Assembly: GCA_025351355.1 (NCBI GenBank)
Contig: JANXWC010000036.1
Span: forward strand, 24,296 to 88,295
Source: Hyphomicrobiaceae bacterium
GTDB taxonomy: Bacteria; Pseudomonadota; Alphaproteobacteria; Rhizobiales; Hyphomicrobiaceae
Direction: 5' to 3'
Length of the DNA stretch: 64,000 bases
Shown here: positions 41,331-51,612 of the stretch, piece after piece
Numbering within the stretch: the stretch's first letter is position 1
How the letters are laid out: every line of letters begins with the position of its first letter
The notes under the pieces: model-generated
The model's database searches: none
The model's input: the letters and a program-made list of their open reading frames with translations, nothing else
Told to the model about the DNA's origin: nothing
Made by a program: the position numbers and the translations under genes

Positions 41331-42584
41331 TCACGCGCTTTTTCCGGCGGGACCGGTCGCGATTTTACGAACTGGCAGGCGTTCGGACCCTTTCGCGCTA
41401 TTTAGTTCTGATGCGATATGCCCCGCTATTTTGTCTGCAGCGTATGCCGATCCGGACACGAAGCGAAACATTGGGCCGAATGCGTTGGCTGCCACGGTGC
41501 CTGCAAAGAAAAGGCCTGGCACCGACGACTCGAATTTGCTGCTCAACGCCGGGGAGCCATCCTCCAGTGCCAGTTGTTCGCGAAGTTTTGTCGCCAGCAG
41601 TGAGTATCGCGCTATTTCCACGCGATATCCCGTAGCAGCGATGACATGGTCTGCAGAAAGCTGATGCATGGCGCCGTCGACAGAAAGGTCGACCACTACC
41701 TTATCGCTAGATATTTCAGCGCCAATCACGTGTGCCCCAAGGACGAATGGCACATGTCCTTCGACGAATTGTCGCGCCGGCCAGCTGGCCGCGGGCCCAA
41801 GAAAGCGGCGTACAACCATGATCCGGAAGCGGGCCGGCATGGCATGAAAAAGGCTTGGCATCGTTGTCACAGCCAGTGCGCGCCAACCTGGGCCGAGTTT
41901 GGTATCCGGTGCTCTGATCCGATCGATGAGGGATCGTTTTACATTGCCTGGCGATTGATACCGCACCTGCTTGCGGCGCGCGACGACCGTGGGATGCGCA
42001 CCGAATTGTCTCAGCGCGGCTGCCGTATCGATCGCCGACGCACCACCCCCAATGACGATCACGTCTTTTCCCTCGAAACGCTCAAACGGTCCACACGTTG
42101 CGCTGTGCGAAAGGAATTGCGCGGGCAATGATCTCAGTTGCTCTGGAATGAACCTGTGTTCGCCGATCCCTGTCGCCACGACAACACGGCGCGCCTCGGT
42201 CATGCCGCCATCTTCGGTAGACAGCAGGAAGGATTTGTCCAGCTTTCTGATCTCCGCAACGTGGTTGCGGTTCAGCGTGGGCACAGACCGTCGTTGAAAT
42301 TCTCGTCCGTAAGCTACAAAATTTTCCAGCCGTATCGGCACACTCTCGTCATGCGGTAAGCCGGCCTCGACGGCATGATCGATGAGAGAATAGGGTGCGC
42401 TCGGATCGGTAAAGCCAGCTGTCGCCCAACTGGTCTTTAGGGCCATATTGGGTGGCATCGTCTCGGCCCAGAATTGCATAGGGGTACCGAAAACGACATG
42501 ATTGATGCGCTTTGTTGCCAGCGTCGCCGCGATAGACAATCCATAGGGGCCAGCGCCAACTACCGCAACTTCGGTTTTATTCAT
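41331..42584 (-). CDS. two-dinucleotide-fold flavin monooxygenase (FMO / N-hydroxylating monooxygenase-like)
   Basis: VAVVGAGPYGLS (FAD GxGxxG), VIVIGGGASAID (NADPH GxGxxG) and a HVIAATGY motif near the C-terminus. Confidence 0.7.
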   Translation of the reverse strand: MNKTEVAVVGAGPYGLSIAATLATKRINHVVFGTPMQFWAETMPPNMALKTSWATAGFTDPSAPYSLIDHAVEAGLPHDESVPIRLENFVAYGREFQRRSVPTLNRNHVAEIRKLDKSFLLSTEDGGMTEARRVVVATGIGEHRFIPEQLRSLPAQFLSHSATCGPFERFEGKDVIVIGGGASAIDTAAALRQFGAHPTVVARRKQVRYQSPGNVKRSLIDRIRAPDTKLGPGWRALAVTTMPSLFHAMPARFRIMVVRRFLGPAASWPARQFVEGHVPFVLGAHVIGAEISSDKVVVDLSVDGAMHQLSADHVIAATGYRVEIARYSLLATKLREQLALEDGSPALSSKFESSVPGLFFAGTVAANAFGPMFRFVSGSAYAADKIAGHIASELNSAKGSERLPVRKIATGPAGKSA

Positions 42585-43444
42585 TTTCGGACCTGTTGCG
42601 ATACCGCATTGGCCGCTTCAATTTGTCGATGTGCTGATACCTTCAGGGGATCCGCGTCGGCACATAAGTCGACGACACAAATGTCGGAAAACTCTCTCCT
42701 CCATTCTCGCACCGCCTCGGCATTTCCAACGATAATGCGGTTACGCGTTCTTTCCAAAGTTTCCCAAGGTAGGGGCACATCAAACGCCGTGCCGATCTCG
42801 CTCGTTCTGCGCACATTTTCGTAGATAATGAAGCACGCTCCCATCCCAGGCGGTCGCTGATCGACCAGCGTCGTCAACACTTTGGCCGTGGTTTTGATGT
42901 CGAACGCATTGAACATCATGGCCACGACAGGACCCGGCGGCAGTTTGTAATTCAAGGCGTCGCCTAGAATCGCCGCGATGTCGTGACACCGCTGATTTAC
43001 ATTTCTGAAACAGGAAATATTTTTCTCAGCGATTTTATGCAGGCCTGTCGCATATTCAATTCCCCTGACCCGTTTGAAAGGGTAAAGCGACGCGAGTAGT
43101 AGCAATTTTCCTTTGCCGGATCCGATGTCGACGAAGGAGTAAGAGTTAAGTCGATTTCCCAGCGTTTCGTGAAATCGTGTTATTGTTGAATGGAAATTTT
43201 TTTCCCAAAGCGGCCGATAAATCAAATTGCCGCGTTCGGCCTCTCTGCCCGGGATACCTAAAGCCGATAATGCGACCTCATCCGCTGTATCCGTCCCGTA
43301 GATTTTATCGAAGCGGCGGTTGATGGTATCCTGGTGACGCAGTTCTACGGCAAACGCCTTCCAGGCCAAACGGCCTTGCAGCCAGGCAATTTTTGCCGGG
43401 CTTGCAGCAAAATTTTGGGCAATCCGAAGGGCACGCAGGAGCAT
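42581..43444 (-). CDS. class I SAM-dependent methyltransferase
   Basis: Motif I FVDIGSGKGKLLL, followed by RGIEY. 4-nt overlap with the monooxygenase gene. Visibly AT-richer than its neighbours. Confidence 0.7.
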   Translation of the reverse strand: MLLRALRIAQNFAASPAKIAWLQGRLAWKAFAVELRHQDTINRRFDKIYGTDTADEVALSALGIPGREAERGNLIYRPLWEKNFHSTITRFHETLGNRLNSYSFVDIGSGKGKLLLLASLYPFKRVRGIEYATGLHKIAEKNISCFRNVNQRCHDIAAILGDALNYKLPPGPVVAMMFNAFDIKTTAKVLTTLVDQRPPGMGACFIIYENVRRTSEIGTAFDVPLPWETLERTRNRIIVGNAEAVREWRREFSDICVVDLCADADPLKVSAHRQIEAANAVSQQVRK

Positions 43445-43592
43445 TACTTAACTTCAGTTTATTGGTTAAAGGGTTCGTGTAACTATCAGGTTAATATGCG
43501 CGAAACGTATTCAATGGTACGGCACAGTTTCTGTGCGAGCAAGGCTTAGGGTGCGACCTAAATCTGTCACACTTACGCCTTTCGGAGTATTG

Positions 43593-43640
43593 AATACGGC
43601 AATGGGGTTTGCGCCCGGCAATTTTAAATTGAATTAATAG
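43593..43640. promoter_or_regulatory. copy B of the conserved upstream sequence block (AATACGGCAATG ... AATTAATAG), containing the palindrome CAATTTTAAATTG
   Basis: 12-mer at 43593-43604, 13-nt palindrome at 43619-43631 and 9-mer at 43632-43640. Lies 149 nt upstream of the methyltransferase start. Confidence 0.5.
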
Positions 43641-43695
43641 AGTTCGCGCGAAGCACTCATGTGAATAAAATTTAGTTAAGCCTACCTGTTCTATT

Positions 43696-43719
43696 CTGCG
43701 ACTGCGACTGCGACTGCGG
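43696..43719. repeat. hexanucleotide tandem repeat (CTGCGA)x3 plus CTGCGG
   Basis: Read directly, in the spacer just downstream of the DUF1028 gene stop. Confidence 0.9.
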
Positions 43720-43727
43720 CAGCCATT

Positions 43728-44447
43728 CTAACGCCTTAACTGCAACTCCAATCCCTGCGCCCGCCATCCAGCTTCGATGGCGTCAATATCTGTGATCCCC
43801 GATGGTCGTGCCTTGGAAGGTGACATTGCGTGCCGCGCGGGCCATGATACGCGCCAGAGTTCAAGCAGTCGCCGCAGCTCCTGTAGCGGCATTGGCGCAT
43901 CGTCGACACGTATGTTGAGATCAGGAAAATCTTCCGTTGTTGTCATTATCATTGCCGCTGACTGCCGTCCGCGCTTGTCGCCGCCCGCCAACTCGCCTGC
44001 CTCAATTGCCAGCATCATGCGCTCCGGTAGCGGCAAGGTGGCGTTAGCCTCAAAAGCTATCAAGGTTTTATCGAGTGTCGCCGCCCCGGCCAACATATTG
44101 CCGGTTATATGAACGTTCTGCCCCGGCCGGTCGCCGCACCACTCCACGCAATGCTTGCCCGTCCACGCAGCGCTCCGCCCCCTGCAGTCGATGGCATGCA
44201 CTTGGCGGAGATGCAGCCCGTCGTCACCAACAAGCGCTCCCTCGATCGCAGCGGCGGGGGACAATCCACGCGCCAGACCGTCAAGAATAGCGGGCCCGAG
44301 GTAGCGGTTGGTGATCGATTGCGTGGACACCGCACCCACTCCAGCACGGACGAACGGGCAACTCGCCCCTACGGCAAATGCCCGCGTCGCGACTGTCACA
44401 CCAAATGCACTAGTCGCCGGGTCATATGCAACGATCGACCATGTCAT
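43728..44447 (-). CDS. DUF1028 family (Ntn-hydrolase-fold) protein
   Basis: MTWSIVAYDPATSAFGVTVATRAFAVGASCPFVRAGVGAVSTQS is the characteristic DUF1028 N-terminus. Its ATG overlaps the upstream stop (ATGA). Confidence 0.75.
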   Translation of the reverse strand: MTWSIVAYDPATSAFGVTVATRAFAVGASCPFVRAGVGAVSTQSITNRYLGPAILDGLARGLSPAAAIEGALVGDDGLHLRQVHAIDCRGRSAAWTGKHCVEWCGDRPGQNVHITGNMLAGAATLDKTLIAFEANATLPLPERMMLAIEAGELAGGDKRGRQSAAMIMTTTEDFPDLNIRVDDAPMPLQELRRLLELWRVSWPARHAMSPSKARPSGITDIDAIEAGWRAQGLELQLRR

Positions 44448-45061
44448 GATGACACCATTCGCTGCGAACTGGCCGCGCGCCGCGGGTTCACTTGAAGCCA
44501 CGTCAGCACTTCACCAGCGTTCCGGTCTGGTGGAAAAACGGGATAAAAAACCTGGCTGATGACGCCGTCGTCGATGATCATGGCCAGGCGCTTCAGAAGT
44601 ACCATGTCGGCCACCTGCATCGTGGGCAGTCGCAAGGCTCGCGTTAGCGCTATGCCGGCATCCGACAGCACCGCGAACGGCAAATGTAGTCGCTCGGCCA
44701 TTTCGCGCTGATAGTCCGTAGTTTGCGTCGAAACCCCGAAAACTTGGGCAACGCCTGCTGCACGCAGTTCTGTGAAATGGTCACGAAATGCGCAGGACTG
44801 CGGCGTGCATCCACGAGCACCCGGGATGTTATCCCAGTCATCGACCGGACTGATTTCGCCCGGTAGGCCCGTGCGGGGATACGCATAGAGCACCGTACGC
44901 CCTGGCAGCCCAACCAATGAGACGGTGTCGCCCGAAGTTGCGGGCAACGCGATATCCGGCAATCGCATCCCTGTCAGGTGCTGCGCCGCCCCATCGTCCA
45001 CGGGTGGCGGAATTTGCGACCAATCGACGTCGTGAAGGTCGGATTGAGGTACTTTCGCCAT
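44444..45061 (-). CDS. peroxiredoxin (Bcp/AhpC-TSA family)
   Basis: Redoxin fold with GCTPQSC peroxidatic site. The ATG 45061 start is preferred over TTG 45082. Confidence 0.75.
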   Translation of the reverse strand: MAKVPQSDLHDVDWSQIPPPVDDGAAQHLTGMRLPDIALPATSGDTVSLVGLPGRTVLYAYPRTGLPGEISPVDDWDNIPGARGCTPQSCAFRDHFTELRAAGVAQVFGVSTQTTDYQREMAERLHLPFAVLSDAGIALTRALRLPTMQVADMVLLKRLAMIIDDGVISQVFYPVFPPDRNAGEVLTWLQVNPRRAASSQRMVSS

Positions 45062-45159
45062 TTTCGCGTTATCGCTTGTCAATTCACTGTCCAGGTGTGG
45101 CCGCTGACACGAACTTTTGACCGCACTTTGGCCTGAGCACCTATGTTAAGCAAAACAAT

Positions 45160-45903
45160 TTAAACAAATTTTGTGCGAGTATGATAGTGCCCGAAGATTT
45201 CAAATCCTGCCCGACGATAAAGGGCGATAGCACCGTCGTTGTCAGCGCTGGTTTGCAGATAAAGGGTGCTACAGCCCGCCTGTGCAGCCAGCTTGTCGAT
45301 CGCCTGCAGGATACGCGAGGCGCCTCCCTTTCGTCGCGTGCCAGGCCCAGGCACGGTCGCCATACATTGCACCGATGCCACCGCGCCGTCGGCAATCGTC
45401 AGGCCACTGGAAATTGTGACGCCATCCGCGAGTGTCGATAGAAAGCGTGCTGTCGGCGGGAGACGTTCGATAATGCGAGGCGCGATCGTTCGGCGATCGG
45501 GGGAAAGTCCGGACAGATAGACGGCCAGCCAGTGGGCACTTGGCGTCTCAGTCACGCTCACGGAGGTTGGCAGTTGGGCCCCGACATCGACAGGCTTCGC
45601 CATCGTCACATGATCGCCGCCCCGAGCGTAGCCACGGTCAGCGAGCCGGACATCGAGATCAGGGGGCAACGAAACATTGGTAATTGTAAAACAGGCGGGA
45701 ACCGCATGTCGCCGCGCCTGCGCTTCGACCGTGTTGATCGCCGCCCCGATATCTTGGCCCGAAAAAGTTAGTGTCGCCACCGAATTAGCTCGTACCGAGC
45801 CACCCGAGGTATGCCGCCACAACCAACCGTCGATCGATACGGTCTTCAGGGCTGGCCAGCCGCGTACTGCTGCCGCCTCAATTTCCGTAAGCTCTGCCTT
45901 CAT
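45160..45903 (-). CDS. GNAT family N-acetyltransferase (two-domain type)
   Basis: MKAELTEIEAAAVRGWPALKTVSIDGWLWRHTSGGSVRANSV N-domain and a C-terminal RRKGGASRILQAI acetyl-CoA motif. The ORF opens further upstream at 46026. Confidence 0.7.
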   Translation of the reverse strand: MKAELTEIEAAAVRGWPALKTVSIDGWLWRHTSGGSVRANSVATLTFSGQDIGAAINTVEAQARRHAVPACFTITNVSLPPDLDVRLADRGYARGGDHVTMAKPVDVGAQLPTSVSVTETPSAHWLAVYLSGLSPDRRTIAPRIIERLPPTARFLSTLADGVTISSGLTIADGAVASVQCMATVPGPGTRRKGGASRILQAIDKLAAQAGCSTLYLQTSADNDGAIALYRRAGFEIFGHYHTRTKFV

Positions 45904-46466
45904 GGTTTGGTCCAGATTCACCCTTGCGTTGATTGCCGCCCAAGTAGATCCGCGCAAAACCCGAACTGTGATGCGACCATTGTTATTATGAAGATCGGTG
46001 TCCAAACGCAGGGGCTTCGCATGCAAACCGATGAGATTACAATGTTGCGCGGAAATTGCTCGACTGGAAGAATAATGTCTTGACCGAAATTTAGGTCAGC
46101 TATATTGACCTTATTGTACGACCGACGTTCCGTATGGATTTCAGGACGCCTACATGCCGATTGTGTAGTGAGCGACTGACCCGGTGCCCGATCGACATGA
46201 AATTCCTCCGGCCGCCTCCGGCAGCCGCTGGCGATTGCGCGAGGCGCCTCTCCCAGGCCGATTAGGTTATCTGGGCCCCGGCTCGATGGAATCGCTGGCA
46301 TTTGGTGTGCCGGACATTTCGTCTCTGCTGCTCCGGTCAAAGCTGTTCAGGTCAACTGGGTTGTGCCAAAACGCGCAGCCGGATTTGGATACAAAAGCAA
46401 GACGTAAGTGGCTTACTCAGTTCCGCGCCGACACCCGCTCTTCGTGACGATCCGAGGCCTTTTCCA

Positions 46467-49400
46467 ATGCCCGAACAGATTTCGCTCAACTTCGAACTCC
46501 CGATGGTTGATCTGACCGCGTCTCCTGCGGGTTTGCCGATGACGCCGCCGCGGAAACAAGGCCTCTTTGATCCCGCCAGGGAAATCGACGCATGCGGGGT
46601 CGGCTTCATCGCTGACCTGAAGGGGCGCGCGTCGCACCAGATCATCGCTGATGCACTGGCGATTTTGGAAAATCTTGAACATCGCGGCGCGACAGGTGCT
46701 GATCCGCTTGCTGGTGACGGTGCGGGCATTCTTATTCAGATCCCGCACGCGTTCCTGGTCGAGGCCTGCGGCGCGCTGAAAATCAAGCTACCGGCGTCCG
46801 GGCATTACGCCGTGGGACAATTGTTCATGCCCCAGGATGAGCGTCTGCGCGCCCACTGCGAGCGTGTGTGGGCACGCCTGATTCGGCAGGAAGGCCTTGA
46901 GTTTCTCGGTTGGCGCACGGTGCCGGTTGATAATGCCTCGCTGTCAGCCATGGTGCGCGCGACGGAACCCGTGCATCGTCAGATTTTCGTCGGCCGCCCG
47001 AAGGGCATGCACGACCAGGAGGAATTCGAGCGCAAGCTGTTCCTCATCCGTAAGGTCGTCTCGAACGCCATCTATGACGCCTACAAGGGGCGCGACATCG
47101 GCCACTATACGGTGTCGCTGTCGTCGCGCACGCTGGTCTATAAGGGCATGTTTCTTTCGTACCAAGTGAAGGCTTACTATAACGACCTGTCCGACGTGCG
47201 CGTGTCGTCGTCGATGGCGCTGGTGCATCAACGCTTCTCAACCAACACCTTCCCGTCGTGGAAGTTGGCCCATCCCTATCGCATGGTCGCCCACAACGGC
47301 GAGATCAACACGCTGCGCGGCAACGTCAACTGGATGGCGGCGCGACAGGCATCCGTTTCATCACCACTATGGGGCGACGACATCTCCAAGCTTTGGCCGA
47401 TCTCCTACGAAGGCCAGAGCGATACCGCGTGTTTCGACAACGCACTCGAGTTCCTGACCATGGGCGGCTACAGCTTGGCGCACGCCGCCATGATGCTGAT
47501 TCCAGAGGCATGGGCCGGCAACCCTTTGATGGACCAGAAGCGCCGTGCCTTCTACGAGTATCACGCCTGCCTGATGGAGCCGTGGGACGGCCCGGCGGCG
47601 ATGGCATTCACCGACGGCCGCCAAATCGGTGCGACGCTGGACCGTAACGGCCTGCGTCCGGCGCGCTATCTCGTCACCAAGGACGACATCGTGATCATGT
47701 CGTCGGAGAGTGGCGTACTTCCGGTCGCCGAAAGCAACATCGCCAGGAAGTGGCGCCTGCAGCCGGGCAAGATGCTGCTGATCGACCTTGAGAAGGGCCG
47801 CATCGTCTCCGATGATGAACTGAAGCGCGAAATTGCCGACGCCCACCCCTACGAGCAATGGCTGCAGAGCACGCAAATCCAAGTCGGTGACCTGCCGTTG
47901 CCTAAGAAGGCGACCAAGAAGCATTCCAACGTCGCGCTGCTCGATCTGCAGCAAGCCTTCGGCTACACGCAGGAAAGCCTGAAGTTCCTGATGGCGCCGA
48001 TGGCCAGCACAGGGCAGGAAGCCGTGGGCTCGATGGGTACGGATACTCCAGTCTCAGTGCTGTCTTCGAAGTCGAAGTTGCTGCACACCTACTTCAAGCA
48101 GAACTTCGCGCAAGTGACCAACCCGCCGATCGATCCGATCCGTGAAGAGATCGTCATGAGCCTCGTGACCTTCATCGGGCCGAGGCCGAACCTGCTCGAC
48201 CTTGAAGGCACGTCCAAGCAAAAGCGGCTGGAAATCTACCAACCGATCCTGACCAACGACGATCTCGAGCGCATTAGGCAAATCGGGTCAGTAAAGGATA
48301 ACGAGTTCTCGTCGATCACTATCGACATTACCTACCCCGCGTCAAAAGGCGCGCGCGGCATGAGCTGGGCGCTCGATGTCGTCTGCGCCGAAGCGGAAGA
48401 AGCCGTCCGTTCCAAGGACTACAACATCATTATCCTGTCCGATCGCCTGTGCGGACCGGACAGCGTGCCGATTCCGTCACTGCTGGCAACGAGCGCCGTG
48501 CATCATCATTTGATAAAGCAGGGCTTGCGCACCTCCGTCGGACTGGTCGTGGAAACCGGCGAGGCGCACGAGGTGCATCAGTTCGCCACCCTTGCCGGTT
48601 ACGGCGCCGAAGCCATCAATCCGTATCTGGCGTTCGAGACACTGGAACAGCTGCTGCCCGAACTCGACGAAAAACTGACGCTCAAGGAGGCGCAGAAGCG
48701 CTATATCAAGGCCGTCGACAAGAGCCTGCTGAAGGTGATGTCGAAAATGGGCATTTCGACCTATCAAAGCTATTGCGGCGCGCAGATTTTCGACGCCGTT
48801 GGCCTCAAGACGTCGTTCGTGAAGCGCTATTTTACCGGCACACACAGCCAAGTGGAAGGCGTGGGGCTCATTCAGATCGCGCGCGAAACAGTTGAGCGCC
48901 ATCGGCAGGCCTTCGCGGCGGTACCGCATCTGGAAACCCAGCTTGAGGTCGGTGGTGAGTACGCTTATCGCACGCGCGGCGAAGCGCACATGTGGCGGCC
49001 GCAGACGGTGGCCGACTTGCAGCACGCAGTGCGTGGAACTGATGTAAAGGCGGCCATGGCGGGCAAGATCCCGCAAAAGTGGCGCGATTACGCCAGGGGC
49101 GTCAACGATCAGTCGGAGCAGCTGATGACGCTGCGTGGCCTGTTCCGCATTAAGTCTGCGAGTGAGATGGGTCGCACTGCGATCCCGCTCGAACAGGTCG
49201 AAGCGACCGAACAAATCGTCAAGCGGTTTGCCACCGGCGCAATGAGCTACGGCTCGATCAGCCGGGAGGCGCACACCACGCTGGCCATTGCCATGAACCG
49301 CATCGGTGGCAAGTCCAACACCGGCGAAGGTGGCGAAGAAAGCGATCGTTACGTTCCGATGAAAAACGGCGACAGCATGCGTTCGGCCATCAAGCAGGTG

Positions 49401-51263
49401 GCGTCGGGCCGTTTCGGCGTCACGACCGAGTATCTCGTCAACTCCGATATGATGCAGATCAAGATGGCGCAGGGCGCCAAGCCCGGCGAAGGCGGACAGT
49501 TGCCCGGCCACAAGGTCGACGCGACGATCGCAAAGGTCAGGCACTCGACGCCCGGCGTGGGGCTAATTTCGCCGCCGCCGCATCATGACATCTATTCGAT
49601 CGAGGATCTGGCGCAGCTGATCTTCGATCTCAAGAACGTCAATCCAAAAGCTGATGTGTCCGTGAAACTGGTTTCTGAAGTGGGGGTCGGCACCGTCGCG
49701 GCGGGCGTCGCCAAGGCGCGCGCCGATCACGTCACCATCTCCGGCTTCGAGGGCGGCACGGGCGCGTCGCCACTGACCTCCATCAAACACGCCGGCAGTC
49801 CGTGGGAAATCGGATTGGCCGAAACACATCAGACGCTGGTGGTAAATCGGCTACGCTCGCGTATCGCGGTGCAGGTGGATGGCGGCGTACGTACGGGCCG
49901 CGACGTGGTGATCGGCGCGCTTCTTGGAGCTGACGAATTCGGCTTCGCGACTGCGCCACTGATCGCTGCCGGCTGCATCATGATGCGCAAGTGTCATCTC
50001 AATACCTGCCCGGTCGGTGTTGCGACACAGGACCCGGAACTGCGCAAGAAGTTCAAAGGCCAGCCCGAGCACGTCATCAACTTTTTCTTCTTCATCGCCG
50101 AAGAGGTGCGGGAGATCATGGCCGAGCTTGGCTTTGCGACGTTCGACGAGATGGTCGGCCAGTCCGACACCCTCGACACTGAAAGCGCGATTGGACACTG
50201 GAAGAGCCGCGGATTGGATTTCTCCGGTCTGTTTGAGCGGCCTGACGTGCCTGCATCTGTCGGCATCCATCATTCCGAACGGCAGAACCATGCGCTCGAA
50301 AGGGTTCTCGACCAGCAGTTGCTCAAGGGTGCCAAAGCGGCGCTTGAAAAGAAGACACCAGTCAAGCTCGAACACACGATCTCCAACCGCGATCGTGCGA
50401 CAGGGGCGATGCTGTCGGGTGAAGTCGCGCGCCGCTATGGGCACGCGGGTCTCGCCGAAGACACCATTCACGTTACCCTCAAAGGCATTGCCGGCCAATC
50501 GTTCGGCGCCTGGCTGGCAGGCGGCGTGACCCTCGACCTGATCGGTGAGGCCAACGACTACGTCGGCAAGGGTCTTTCTGGCGGCAAGCTGATTGTGCGG
50601 CCTGATCCGCAAAGCGGTATCGTGCCTGAAGAGAGCATGATCGCAGGCAATACGGTGCTCTATGGCGCGATCCTGGGCGAAGCTTATCTGCGCGGCATCG
50701 CCGGTGAGCGCTTCGCGGTGCGCAACTCTGGCGCCGTCGCGGTTGTCGAAGGCACGGGCGATCATGGCTGCGAATACATGACTGGCGGTGTCGTCGTCGT
50801 GCTTGGGCCGACAGGGCGCAATTTTGCCGCCGGCATGAGCGGCGGTATAGCCTATGTGCTGGATGAAGCCGGCGACTTCGACGCCAAGTGCAATCTGTCG
50901 ATGGTCGAGTTGGAACCGGTCGCCGCCGAAGAAGAAGTGATGCGCAAGCTCGCCAACCAGGGTGGCGATCTCGCAGGTCACGGCTTGGTCGACGTGATGC
51001 AGAACCTGACCGGCCAGGATGCTCAACGCCTACACGCGCTCATCACGAGACATGCGCGCTACACCAACTCGGTGAAGGCGAAAACCATACTCGCCGACTG
51101 GCCGGCATGGCAGACGAAGTTCCGCAAGGTGATGCCGGTGGAATACAAGCGCGCGCTGGCTGAAATGGCCAAGCACCAGGATGCCGACAGCACCAGCGCC
51201 GACCGTATCGACATCGGCGTGCGGAAAGCGAAGAGCAAACCCAAGGCAAGGGCTGCGGAGTGA
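46467..51263 (+). CDS. gltB: glutamate synthase large subunit
   Basis: About 1600 aa. N-terminal amidotransferase Cys ([13 protein letters not shown]), FMN/3Fe-4S domain ([13 protein letters not shown]) and GXGXG C-terminal domain. ATG 46467 chosen as start. Confidence 0.95.
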   Translation: MPEQISLNFELPMVDLTASPAGLPMTPPRKQGLFDPAREIDACGVGFIADLKGRASHQIIADALAILENLEHRGATGADPLAGDGAGILIQIPHAFLVEACGALKIKLPASGHYAVGQLFMPQDERLRAHCERVWARLIRQEGLEFLGWRTVPVDNASLSAMVRATEPVHRQIFVGRPKGMHDQEEFERKLFLIRKVVSNAIYDAYKGRDIGHYTVSLSSRTLVYKGMFLSYQVKAYYNDLSDVRVSSSMALVHQRFSTNTFPSWKLAHPYRMVAHNGEINTLRGNVNWMAARQASVSSPLWGDDISKLWPISYEGQSDTACFDNALEFLTMGGYSLAHAAMMLIPEAWAGNPLMDQKRRAFYEYHACLMEPWDGPAAMAFTDGRQIGATLDRNGLRPARYLVTKDDIVIMSSESGVLPVAESNIARKWRLQPGKMLLIDLEKGRIVSDDELKREIADAHPYEQWLQSTQIQVGDLPLPKKATKKHSNVALLDLQQAFGYTQESLKFLMAPMASTGQEAVGSMGTDTPVSVLSSKSKLLHTYFKQNFAQVTNPPIDPIREEIVMSLVTFIGPRPNLLDLEGTSKQKRLEIYQPILTNDDLERIRQIGSVKDNEFSSITIDITYPASKGARGMSWALDVVCAEAEEAVRSKDYNIIILSDRLCGPDSVPIPSLLATSAVHHHLIKQGLRTSVGLVVETGEAHEVHQFATLAGYGAEAINPYLAFETLEQLLPELDEKLTLKEAQKRYIKAVDKSLLKVMSKMGISTYQSYCGAQIFDAVGLKTSFVKRYFTGTHSQVEGVGLIQIARETVERHRQAFAAVPHLETQLEVGGEYAYRTRGEAHMWRPQTVADLQHAVRGTDVKAAMAGKIPQKWRDYARGVNDQSEQLMTLRGLFRIKSASEMGRTAIPLEQVEATEQIVKRFATGAMSYGSISREAHTTLAIAMNRIGGKSNTGEGGEESDRYVPMKNGDSMRSAIKQVASGRFGVTTEYLVNSDMMQIKMAQGAKPGEGGQLPGHKVDATIAKVRHSTPGVGLISPPPHHDIYSIEDLAQLIFDLKNVNPKADVSVKLVSEVGVGTVAAGVAKARADHVTISGFEGGTGASPLTSIKHAGSPWEIGLAETHQTLVVNRLRSRIAVQVDGGVRTGRDVVIGALLGADEFGFATAPLIAAGCIMMRKCHLNTCPVGVATQDPELRKKFKGQPEHVINFFFFIAEEVREIMAELGFATFDEMVGQSDTLDTESAIGHWKSRGLDFSGLFERPDVPASVGIHHSERQNHALERVLDQQLLKGAKAALEKKTPVKLEHTISNRDRATGAMLSGEVARRYGHAGLAEDTIHVTLKGIAGQSFGAWLAGGVTLDLIGEANDYVGKGLSGGKLIVRPDPQSGIVPEESMIAGNTVLYGAILGEAYLRGIAGERFAVRNSGAVAVVEGTGDHGCEYMTGGVVVVLGPTGRNFAAGMSGGIAYVLDEAGDFDAKCNLSMVELEPVAAEEEVMRKLANQGGDLAGHGLVDVMQNLTGQDAQRLHALITRHARYTNSVKAKTILADWPAWQTKFRKVMPVEYKRALAEMAKHQDADSTSADRIDIGVRKAKSKPKARAAE

Positions 51264-51267
51264 CAAG

Positions 51268-51612
51268 ATGGCTGAACCTGGATTTGCTGTAACACCCGAG
51301 CCGCCTTATTACGCAGTCATCTTCACGTCGAAGCGTACCGAGGGCGACAACGGATATGATGCGATGATGGAACTCATCGCCAAGCTCTCCGTCGAGCAAC
51401 CGGGCTATCTCGGACGCGAGAGCGTGCGCGGTGCAGACGGCTTCGGCGTGACGGTCGTCTATTACAAAGACGAAGCGTCGATCCGGGCCTGGAAGGCCCA
51501 TGGCCAGCATATGGTCGCCCAGAAGATCGGCAAAGAGCGCTGGTACAGCCACTACGAAATGCGCGTCTGCAAAGTCGAGCGCGCCTACGCGGGGCCGGAG
51601 GGGCGGGGATGA
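51268..51612 (+). CDS. antibiotic-biosynthesis-monooxygenase (ABM/Dabb-fold) family protein
   Basis: 114 aa with YYAVIFTSKRTEG...YLGRESVRG...TVVYYKDEASIRAWK, typical of the ABM fold. Starts 5 nt after the gltB stop. Confidence 0.65.
   Translation: MAEPGFAVTPEPPYYAVIFTSKRTEGDNGYDAMMELIAKLSVEQPGYLGRESVRGADGFGVTVVYYKDEASIRAWKAHGQHMVAQKIGKERWYSHYEMRVCKVERAYAGPEGRG

Noticed and set aside
43696-43719. Tandem repeat as a possible CRISPR or other array
   Set aside because: The unit is only 6 nt, there are four copies and there are no spacers. It is a microsatellite, not a CRISPR array.
43445-43727. Search for a RiPP/graspetide precursor peptide upstream of the ATP-grasp operon
   Set aside because: I hand-translated the minus strand and looked for start-codon ORFs. 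This gave only MSASRELY (8 aa), an 18-codon TTG ORF and MAAAVAVAVAE. None has a Thr/Ser/Asp/Glu/Lys-rich core or a ribosome-binding site, and the ATP-grasp gene lies at the far end of the operon.
45918-46447. ORFs of 140 aa (minus strand) and 87 aa (plus strand) in the gltB upstream spacer
   Set aside because: Neither has motifs or a ribosome-binding site, and both have odd composition. I treated the region as non-coding regulatory DNA.
48477-51026. Long minus-strand ORFs (48477..49544, 355 aa; 49851..51026, 391 aa) inside gltB
   Set aside because: They are antisense to a gene with unmistakable glutamate-synthase motifs. Their translations are low-complexity and Arg/Ala/His-rich with no motifs, the typical shadow ORFs of GC-rich coding DNA.
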